The notes under the pieces are model-generated. The model ran no database searches and had not been told where the DNA came from. It saw only the letters and a program-made list of their open reading frames with translations. The translations under genes and the position numbers were made by a program. A stretch of 61,285 nt of DNA from Candidatus Nomurabacteria bacterium (GTDB taxonomy: Bacteria > Patescibacteriota > Minisyncoccia > Phycocordibacterales > JACOZG01). Numbering within the stretch: position 1 is the stretch's first letter; each line of letters starts with the position of its first letter. Below, one piece after another: positions 15,909 to 23,088 of this stretch. The stretch is from contig JADLCI010000006.1 in assembly GCA_020847275.1 (NCBI GenBank), positions 1-61,285 on the forward strand. Reading direction: 5' to 3'.

Positions 15909-17606
15909 ATGATCACCTTCAGAGACACTGGGGAAACAAAGAAACTGGAAGAACTTCACAGTCACGAAGCAGAGGCGCTCGCAGAAATGCTATCAGGAAA
16001 ATATCAGCTACCGTACATTGACCTATCTAAATTCCCCATCAATACTGATGCCCTGCGTCTAATACCCGAAAGTGAAGCCCGGAAAAGTGCTCTGGCGGCT
16101 TTTAAAATTAACGGTAAGAATATTTTCCTCGTTACAATCTCTCCCGAAAGGATAGAAACAAAAAATACCCTCAGTGAATTACGTGATAAAGGCTACCATC
16201 TCAATCTCTATCTAGCCTCCCAAGCGAGTCTGGATCGCGCTTGGTCCCGCTACAGCGAGATATCTCGCTCAACGCGGACAGAGGCTGGCGTAATCGACAT
16301 TTCAAATGAGGCTATCGCCAACTTCACCAAACAAATCAGCGACATCGATAGTTTGAATCGTTTATTCTCATCTGAGGGCTTATCTGCTCTCGCCGCTGGT
16401 GGTATCTCTAACTTGTTAGAAGTAATTCTTGCCGGTGGCATTGTAACTCTCGCCTCCGATATCCATCTTGAACCGGAGGCCGATCGTGTGCGCTTACGTT
16501 TCCGTTTAGACGGCGTGCTCCACGATATTAGCTTCCTCCCTCAAAAACTTTACGCCCAAATTGTCTCGCGTGTGAAGCTCCTTTCGGGACTGAAACTAAA
16601 TGTCCAGAAATCCGCCCAAGACGGTCGTCTGAGTATCCGGCTCGATGGTACTGATATTGAAATCCGTACTTCAATTTTGCCTGGCGCCTACGGTGAATCA
16701 ATCGTACTACGTTTACTTAATCCAGAAACGATTAATGTCACTTTTGAAACTTTGGGCATTGAGCCAGCCCTGTTTAAAATCGTCGAGAGAGAAATCACTA
16801 AACCAAACGGTATGATCCTCCTAACCGGGCCGACTGGTTCTGGTAAAACAACTACCCTTTACTCCTTCCTTCGAAAAATTTCTACCGGTGAAAACAAAAC
16901 CATTACCATTGAAGATCCGATTGAATATCACCTACCTGGAATCAGCCAAACCCAAGTTAATCCAGATAAAAATTATACTTTCCTAACCGGGCTCCGTAGC
17001 GCCCTTCGTCAAGACCCAGACATCATAATGGTTGGAGAAATCAGAGACAAAGAAACGGCAAAAATTGCCATTAACGCTTCCCTAACTGGACACCTCGTCT
17101 TCTCCACCCTCCACACCAACAATGCGGCTGGCACAATTCCAAGATTGATTGACCTAGATGTGAACCCTAAAATTATTGACTCCGCGCTTAATATCTCAAT
17201 GGCACAACGCCTGGTTCGAAACCTCTGTCCAGCGTGCAAAGAAGAAAGCACTCCCACTCCCACCGAAACGAAGCTACTGCTCGCCGTCCTCGAATCGATT
17301 AAGGAAAAACGGCCAGAAATTCCCCTCCCCACAGCAAACCGGTTGTGGCGAGCAAAGGAAGGTGGCTGTGCCGCGTGCAATCATATTGGTTACAAGGGGC
17401 GACAAGGGGTCTTCGAAGCAATTCTAATTGACGAACGAGTGGCTCCCCTCCTAGTAAGTAATCCGAATGAACGCGAGATAAAAATCGCTGCTCGACCGCA
17501 GGGAATTCTAGATATGCGTCAGGACGGTGTCTTAAAGGTCCTTGCGGGAGCGACCTCATTAGAGGAGCTGGCGCGAGTGGTAGATGTAAATGAAGAAGTT
17601 ATCTAG
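15909..17606 (+). CDS. pilB: PilB/GspE-family pilus assembly ATPase
   Basis: ASDIHLEP, AQDGR, GPTGSGKTTT, TIEDPIEY, LRQDPDIIMVGEIRD, STLHTN, tetracysteine motif. Confidence 0.93.
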   Translation: MITFRDTGETKKLEELHSHEAEALAEMLSGKYQLPYIDLSKFPINTDALRLIPESEARKSALAAFKINGKNIFLVTISPERIETKNTLSELRDKGYHLNLYLASQASLDRAWSRYSEISRSTRTEAGVIDISNEAIANFTKQISDIDSLNRLFSSEGLSALAAGGISNLLEVILAGGIVTLASDIHLEPEADRVRLRFRLDGVLHDISFLPQKLYAQIVSRVKLLSGLKLNVQKSAQDGRLSIRLDGTDIEIRTSILPGAYGESIVLRLLNPETINVTFETLGIEPALFKIVEREITKPNGMILLTGPTGSGKTTTLYSFLRKISTGENKTITIEDPIEYHLPGISQTQVNPDKNYTFLTGLRSALRQDPDIIMVGEIRDKETAKIAINASLTGHLVFSTLHTNNAAGTIPRLIDLDVNPKIIDSALNISMAQRLVRNLCPACKEESTPTPTETKLLLAVLESIKEKRPEIPLPTANRLWRAKEGGCAACNHIGYKGRQGVFEAILIDERVAPLLVSNPNEREIKIAARPQGILDMRQDGVLKVLAGATSLEELARVVDVNEEVI

Positions 17607-17805
17607 TTCACCGACAATCAAGAACATAAACCTCTAAGCAAACCTTCGACGTAAACGCCGAAGTGAGGTAAAACCGAAAGGATAGAGAAAGCAAAACAAC
17701 CGAAGTTATGAAACTGTCTCGTCCTCCTGGAAAAACCCGTTTAAACCCGGAAGAGCTTAGTTGCTTAGAGGTTTATGGTCTGGATTAGTGTCAAACTAAC
17801 GAACC
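17605..17805 (-). ncRNA. ~200-nt structured RNA with 6S RNA-like architecture
   Basis: Perfect 17-bp inverted repeat 17625-41/17761-77 extended by imperfect pairing; terminal stem ATAAC-UUCG-GTTGT; G-U pairs fit only the minus strand; consensus promoter upstream. Confidence 0.6.
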
Positions 17806-17811
17806 ACGGCC

Positions 17812-17840
17812 ATGCTAGCATAAAACAATTTAAATGTCAA
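17812..17840 (-). promoter_or_regulatory. sigma70 promoter; its palindromic -10 (ATGCTAGCAT) also serves ruvB on the + strand
   Basis: On minus: TTGACA(17840-35)-17 nt-TAGCAT(17817-12) with extended TG; the -35 overlaps the ruvB start codon. Confidence 0.75.
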
Positions 17841-18844
17841 TAGGCAAAGAAAACGGTGGACAAGATTGGTTTCTTGATAGCGCTCTCCGACCAAGCACTT
17901 GGAGCGACTATATTGGACAGAAACACATCAAAGATAACCTGCAAATCCTCCTTGCGGCGGCCAAAGAACGCTCCCAACCACCAGAACATCTACTCTTCTA
18001 CGGTCCACCTGGGCTAGGTAAAACCACTCTTGCTCATTTAATCGCTAAAGAAATTGGCGCCCAACTTAAAATCACCTCCGGTCCAGCGATTGAGCGCGTG
18101 GGTGATCTTGCTTCCATCCTCACCAATCTTGCCGCGGGCGACATGCTCTTCATCGACGAAGTACACCGTCTCAACAAGATGATTGAAGAAATTCTTTACC
18201 CGGCAATGGAATCTGGAAAACTAAATATCGTCATCGGTAAGGGGCCGGGAGCGAGAGTCATTCAATTAGACTTACCGCCGTTTACCCTTGTCGCTGCTAC
18301 GACTCGCCCAGCACTGCTCTCGGCACCACTTCGTTCACGTTTCGGTGGGGGCACGTTTCGCCTAGATTTTTATTCCGAAAACGAAATCCGGGATATCATC
18401 AAACGATCGGCCGAGATTCTGGGTATGAAACTAGACGACGAGGCAGCGCTGGAGATTGCTAGACGTTCGCGTTTTACCCCACGAATTGCCAATCAATTCT
18501 TAAAACGTTGCCGCGATCTAGCTCAATTGCGCGGACAATCAATCAGCAAACAGGTCGCCCGTGAAGCCCTAACACTGATGGGAATTGATGAACTAGGATT
18601 ATCGGAAAACGATCGGAAGATTCTGGCCACAATTATCGAAAAATTTAACGGTGGGCCAGTTGGTGTTTCAACTATCGCTACCGCAACGCACGAAGAAGAC
18701 GCGACTATCGAAGAGGTTCACGAACCCTATCTGATTCAACTTGGAATGCTGGAACGAACTCCTCGCGGCCGTCAAGCAACTCGCCACGCCTACGATCATC
18801 TGGGCTTTGACTGGCCAGAAAACAGGCAAGGGAAGCTCTTGTAA
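17834..18844 (+). CDS. ruvB: Holliday junction branch migration helicase RuvB
   Basis: [49 protein letters not shown] motifs. Confidence 0.97.
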   Translation: MSIGKENGGQDWFLDSALRPSTWSDYIGQKHIKDNLQILLAAAKERSQPPEHLLFYGPPGLGKTTLAHLIAKEIGAQLKITSGPAIERVGDLASILTNLAAGDMLFIDEVHRLNKMIEEILYPAMESGKLNIVIGKGPGARVIQLDLPPFTLVAATTRPALLSAPLRSRFGGGTFRLDFYSENEIRDIIKRSAEILGMKLDDEAALEIARRSRFTPRIANQFLKRCRDLAQLRGQSISKQVAREALTLMGIDELGLSENDRKILATIIEKFNGGPVGVSTIATATHEEDATIEEVHEPYLIQLGMLERTPRGRQATRHAYDHLGFDWPENRQGKLL

Positions 18845-18857
18845 AAAGTTAAAACAA

Positions 18858-18893
18858 AACCCCCCACTGCGGTTATTACCACAGTGGGGGGTT
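18858..18893. terminator. bidirectional intrinsic terminator
   Basis: AACCCCCCACTG...CAGTGGGGGGTT hairpin between convergent ruvB and the PEP-CTERM gene. Confidence 0.85.
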
Positions 18894-18916
18894 GCTTTAC
18901 TAAACACCGAAAGGAG

Positions 18917-19546
18917 TCAACGACGGCGCCTGGCAAAAAACAGGACAGCCGGACCAAGCAACGCCATCGTCGCCGGTTCTGGGGTGAGACCGAAATACCC
19001 ACGTCCGCGGGCTTCCCCCAGTTCTCCGTCGCCAAAATTGCCACGGAAAATGAAGTAGGCATTCCAACGAACACCATCGATATATTCGTCATACCATTCC
19101 GCATAGTTCATATATGCGAAATCCAGACGAGAAGGATCGACAGTAACAGAAGCCCACCCCCGGTCATACCCACTCTCCGAAGACAGCTGAGTAATTTGGC
19201 TCAAGGAAACGCCACCGACAGAAAGACCGGACGAACTCCAGATAGGACTCAGAACAAGGCTACTGTTCTTGATTCCTCCAAAAGAAGCCGTCCAGCCCCA
19301 CTCGTTTTCATCACCCTCGCTTGGGTGATAAAACGTAGCGGAAACGTAATCCACCAGGTGGATTGATGATGCCACTTGGGCAGATAGCCAAACGCCATCA
19401 CCGTCCTGACCTCCTCCTTCCTGACCGCTGAGTGAAACCTGGAAACCACCGAGGGTCAGCGACTGATGGACGCTGGCGGCTTGCGCCGGAGTTGTAACGA
19501 GACCAATCAAAACAAGTAGAACAATCATCACCAAAAACTTCTTCAT
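18917..19546 (-). CDS. PEP-CTERM sorting-domain surface protein
   Basis: Signal peptide MKKFLVMIVLL...AQA-A; C-terminus TPEPATMALLGPAVLFFARRRR. Confidence 0.88.
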   Translation of the reverse strand: MKKFLVMIVLLVLIGLVTTPAQAASVHQSLTLGGFQVSLSGQEGGGQDGDGVWLSAQVASSIHLVDYVSATFYHPSEGDENEWGWTASFGGIKNSSLVLSPIWSSSGLSVGGVSLSQITQLSSESGYDRGWASVTVDPSRLDFAYMNYAEWYDEYIDGVRWNAYFIFRGNFGDGELGEARGRGYFGLTPEPATMALLGPAVLFFARRRR

Positions 19547-19684
19547 TTTCTTCCCTGCTTTCTTTTTTACGATCCCCTGCCCCCATAAACAAATCAAACG
19601 CTCATCCCCCAATGTCCTTCCGCGTATCTATAACTCCTTTCTTGTTAAAGACCAAAAACCACCCAACACTGGGTTTAGACGGAG

Positions 19685-19712
19685 AGTCTAGCATACTTTA
19701 TAAAATTGTCAA
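19685..19712 (-). promoter_or_regulatory. promoter of the PEP-CTERM gene
   Basis: On minus: TTGACA-16 nt-TAGACT with extended TG. Confidence 0.7.
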
Positions 19713-19754
19713 ATTTGTTTAATTAACCTCTGATTTGTACACTGAAACAGAAGC

Positions 19755-20291
19755 ATGGCTGGCCACAATAAATGGACCCAAATTAAACGGCAAAAGGGTG
19801 CTGAAGACGCTAAAAGGAGCAAACTCTTTGGTGTGTTAAGTAAAAACATTTCCCTAGAATCAAGGAAGGCGGGGGGAGATAAAGACGCGCCAGGATTACG
19901 AGCCGCCATTCTGAAGGCTCGTGCCGCCAATATGCCAAACAACAATATCGAACGAGCAATCAGGGGGGCGACGGAAGACAAAGACAGCCAGTTAACTAAG
20001 GTAATCTACGAAGCCTATGGCCCAGGCGGAGTGGCTTTAATTATTGAGGGCACGACCGACAATAATAACCGCACCGCACAAGAAATCAAACATCTACTCT
20101 CTCTTCACGGAGGTAAGATTGCCATACCGGGATCTGTACTTTGGGCTTTCCAAAAAATTGACGACGAATGGCGAGTGGTAAATCCTAAAAAAGTGGAAAG
20201 AAGTGACCAAGAACAACTGACCGGACTAATCCTTGCACTAGAAAGTGGTCAAGGAATTAAGAAGGTAACAACTAACCTATCTCCTTTATGA
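19755..20291 (+). CDS. yebC: YebC/PmpR-family protein (shortened)
   Basis: MAGHNKWTQIKRQKG, NMPNNNIERAI, YEAYGPGGVA, TDNNNRT motifs. Confidence 0.95.
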   Translation: MAGHNKWTQIKRQKGAEDAKRSKLFGVLSKNISLESRKAGGDKDAPGLRAAILKARAANMPNNNIERAIRGATEDKDSQLTKVIYEAYGPGGVALIIEGTTDNNNRTAQEIKHLLSLHGGKIAIPGSVLWAFQKIDDEWRVVNPKKVERSDQEQLTGLILALESGQGIKKVTTNLSPL

Positions 20292-20764
20292 AAATCCTAG
20301 GAATTGACCCTGGTTACGATCGGCTCGGCATTGCCATTTTAGAAAGAAAAAAATCCGCCAGCGAACTAAGTTTCTCCGACTGCCTCACCACCGACAAAAA
20401 ACTTATTTTTGCAGAAAGGTTATTGGAATTAGGAAATGCCCTGGAAAAAATTATCATTGAATTCCGGCCGGAGCTACTAGCACTAGAAACTCTCTTCTTC
20501 GCCAAGAATAAAAAAACGGCGATGCTTGTGGCCGAAACAAGGGGCTTGATTCTCTATTTAGCCGCGAAACATCATTTACGGGTTTACGAAATATCGCCAG
20601 CCAGTGTGAAACTTACCACCACTGGTTATGGCCGGGCCGACAAAGCGCAAATAATCGCCATGTTACCGAAGCTTCTAAAGATCGACAAAACGATAAAACA
20701 CGATGATGAATTCGACGCCATTGCTATTGCCCTTACAGCTTTATCCACAGTTTCACTTAATTAG
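20288..20764 (+). CDS. ruvC: crossover junction endodeoxyribonuclease RuvC
   Basis: ILGIDPG, ETLFF, GYGRADKAQ, DDEFDAIAIA motifs. Confidence 0.96.
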   Translation: MKILGIDPGYDRLGIAILERKKSASELSFSDCLTTDKKLIFAERLLELGNALEKIIIEFRPELLALETLFFAKNKKTAMLVAETRGLILYLAAKHHLRVYEISPASVKLTTTGYGRADKAQIIAMLPKLLKIDKTIKHDDEFDAIAIALTALSTVSLN

Positions 20765-20825
20765 TCTTGCCAAACATTTCCCTTGGTGCTAAAAATGAGG
20801 CGTTATAAAGTAAGATAAAATATTT

Positions 20826-20951
20826 ATGGAAGAATTTGACAATATGGAAATGGGGGGAGAGGAAGAAGAATTGGAGGAAACTGGGGATGGAAATCTGGGA
20901 GGAGAAGACTTGGGTGATGATGGCGACGATCTAACGGCTGACGACATGTAA
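20826..20951 (+). CDS. 41-aa ultra-acidic microprotein (not in ORF track)
   Basis: MEEFDNMEMGGEEEELEETGDGNLGGEDLGDDGDDLTADDM*; purine-rich against the local C-rich + strand. Confidence 0.6.
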   Translation: MEEFDNMEMGGEEEELEETGDGNLGGEDLGDDGDDLTADDM

Positions 20952-22088
20952 GAAGCGCCGTTTTCCTACCTTTAGTTTAATCTCGGCAGTAAAAATCTGA
21001 TCGACAACGGTCAGATTTTTATTTGGCCACTCTGTCACCGCCCCCTCCTCCACCAGACGACGAAAATCAGATTTAGACTTCACCGCGCCAGCACGCGATA
21101 AAATTTCTGACAGTTTCTCGCCATAACTTGCATTGATCTCTTCCCACTCTTCCGGTTCCTCCCCCCTTTGAAAAGTATTGATAAAATTTTCCTGGGCCCG
21201 ATCCGCTTCTGACTCATCGTAAATCAGAGACACCACCTCCCGCGCTAACTCCATCTTAGCTTCCTTGGGATGTCCAGATAAAATATGTTTTATTTGCGAA
21301 TCCGTAAGACGAGTTAGAAGTTCCAAGCCCGGGGCAACTAAATCATCGGACCAACTCATTATCTTTCCATAAGCATCACTGGGCGTGTCGGTGAAAGAAA
21401 CCATATTCCCCTCTGTCTTTCCCATTTTTAAACCCGCAGAATCGGTCAATAGTTTGGTGGCCACCACAAACTTCTCCTTGCCCCGCATCTTCTTCAGAAG
21501 ATCGCGACCAACCAGCATGTTGAAAATCTGGTCATTACCACCGATTTCCATATCAACTTCCAACGCCACCGAATCATAACCCTGCATTAGCGGGTAGAGA
21601 AATTCGTGCAAAAAAAGATCCTTATTCTCCGCAATCCGTTTCTGAAACATATCCCGCTTAATGGTCTGAGCAAGGGTTACTTGCGAGGCTAGCTCTAGAA
21701 CCTCCGCAAACGAGAGCTTAGCAAGCCATTCACTATTGTGACGAAATTCTATTTTATCTAAATCTAGAATCTTACCGATCTGTTCGCGGTACAACTTCAA
21801 ATTATTCTCTATCTCCTCGGGTGATAAAGTTTTCCGTACCGCCTTCTTGTCTGTGGGGTCGCCGATACGCGCCGTGAAATCACCAAACAGAACTACGATC
21901 TGATGGCCCTCTCCCTGCCAATCGCGCAGTTTAAGTAAAACAGAAACATGACCAAGGTGAAGTGTCGGCCCCGTTGGGTCAACGCCCCAATAAATCCGCA
22001 ATTTTCGGCCACCACTCAACTCCTTCTTCAGTGCTTCAGAAGAAGGGAACGTGTGAGAAACGCCACGAGTAAGTAGCTCCGAATTCAT
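20931..22088 (-). CDS. tyrS: tyrosine--tRNA ligase
   Basis: GVDPTGPTLHLGH (HIGH), YPLMQGYD, GGNDQIFN, KMGKT, C-terminal S4 KVGKRRF. Confidence 0.97.
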   Translation of the reverse strand: MNSELLTRGVSHTFPSSEALKKELSGGRKLRIYWGVDPTGPTLHLGHVSVLLKLRDWQGEGHQIVVLFGDFTARIGDPTDKKAVRKTLSPEEIENNLKLYREQIGKILDLDKIEFRHNSEWLAKLSFAEVLELASQVTLAQTIKRDMFQKRIAENKDLFLHEFLYPLMQGYDSVALEVDMEIGGNDQIFNMLVGRDLLKKMRGKEKFVVATKLLTDSAGLKMGKTEGNMVSFTDTPSDAYGKIMSWSDDLVAPGLELLTRLTDSQIKHILSGHPKEAKMELAREVVSLIYDESEADRAQENFINTFQRGEEPEEWEEINASYGEKLSEILSRAGAVKSKSDFRRLVEEGAVTEWPNKNLTVVDQIFTAEIKLKVGKRRFLHVVSR

Positions 22089-22155
22089 TTTGCCTATTTT
22101 ATCACAAGATTTTCCTCATCAGAAATAAGTTTACTTTAGAGCATTGTTTGCATAA

Positions 22156-22183
22156 TTGATAAATCTCGCCTATTTACTATAAT
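22156..22183 (+). promoter_or_regulatory. sigma70 promoter of an accessory cassette
   Basis: TTGATA-16 nt-TATAAT; SD AAAGGAGGT downstream at ~22199-22207. Confidence 0.75.
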
Positions 22184-22215
22184 AGCGGCAGTCCTTTGAA
22201 AGGAGGTACTGTTAG

Positions 22216-22320
22216 ATGAGACGAGCCATTTGTGGCTTAAACACGGCCTTAAATGGCTCGTCTCATTCCGAGACCAGTCGCTTGTCGCTGGAGCGAATCC
22301 GGCCCCCAAACAAGGAGTGA
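22216..22320 (+). CDS. 34-aa leader ORF coupled (GTGA overlap) or -1 frameshifted to the downstream gene
   Basis: Strong SD, then ATG 22216: MRRAICGLNTALNGSSHSETSRLSLERIRPPNKE*. Confidence 0.5.
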   Translation: MRRAICGLNTALNGSSHSETSRLSLERIRPPNKE

Positions 22321-22976
22321 CAACAATTACGACGAAACCGATCACATCCGCTTCTCGGCGAAGGATACGGACTATATCTTTGGCTCAGTCAATCCTTGGC
22401 GCAGATTTCATCACGCCAGAGGAAATCACAAAGGCTCGCTCGAGCATCTTTTATACCGACGAAAGGGTCGCGGCACTCGTCGAAAGTCTACCATCGAAAG
22501 AGGTACTCATGTGGTGCAAGGAGAAAGGTTACGCCGTCATCCCCACACCACCTCAGGATTGCTCGACCCTCGACATTCGGGAGATCCAGTTTGCTCACTT
22601 CCACTCGAAGACGGGCGGGTGGTATTCCGACCAGAAATTCGCTCGCGAAGACAAGACAGGGTTCGGATGGCTCGCCATCAAGAAAACTCCAGTCGCAAAC
22701 TCGACCAGCAAAAACTGGACCGAGCAGAACAAGCTTCTGTTGGCACTTGAGAAGGTGCCGAATGCCGCTGAGATGAGCTGGTTCATCACGACCTATTTAG
22801 AGGTTCGTGGCGTCCGACTCCTCGAAAACATCTATGTTTGGACGTCCAGTCTCGGCTCGAACGGTCGTCGCGTCTACGTCGGCCACTTCAATGTCGATGG
22901 CCTCCTCGTCAGCCACTATTGGGGCGCCTATCGCTTCGACGGCATCGGCCTGTCCTCTGCCCGGAAGTTCAAGTGA
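22317..22976 (+). CDS. hypothetical protein with a C-terminal DGR variable-region-like segment
   Basis: C-terminus WTSS..NGRRVYVGHFNVDGLLVSHYWGAYRFDGIGLSSARKF; NNY codon bias in the last ~40 codons; start uncertain. Confidence 0.75.
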   Translation: MTTITTKPITSASRRRIRTISLAQSILGADFITPEEITKARSSIFYTDERVAALVESLPSKEVLMWCKEKGYAVIPTPPQDCSTLDIREIQFAHFHSKTGGWYSDQKFAREDKTGFGWLAIKKTPVANSTSKNWTEQNKLLLALEKVPNAAEMSWFITTYLEVRGVRLLENIYVWTSSLGSNGRRVYVGHFNVDGLLVSHYWGAYRFDGIGLSSARKFK

Positions 22977-23015
22977 TCCTTGCAACCTTGAGGGTTCGTA
23001 CCTCTTGAATACTTG

Positions 23016-23052
23016 AGCCCCCGCGAAAATTTTTTCGCGGGGGCTTTTTTTA
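23016..23052 (+). terminator. intrinsic terminator
   Basis: AGCCCCCGCGAAAA...TTTTCGCGGGGGCT hairpin plus T-run. Confidence 0.88.
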
Positions 23053-23088
23053 TCAAAAATTCCCCAGAATCTATGTTATAATCAACAA

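Noticed and set aside
17625-17777. MITE with 17-bp terminal inverted repeats, or c-di-GMP-I / minimal RNase P motifs on +
   Set aside because: There is no target-site duplication, pairing continues imperfectly beyond the repeat, and G-U pairs plus the promoter favour a minus-strand RNA. The GAAA stem is only 2 bp.
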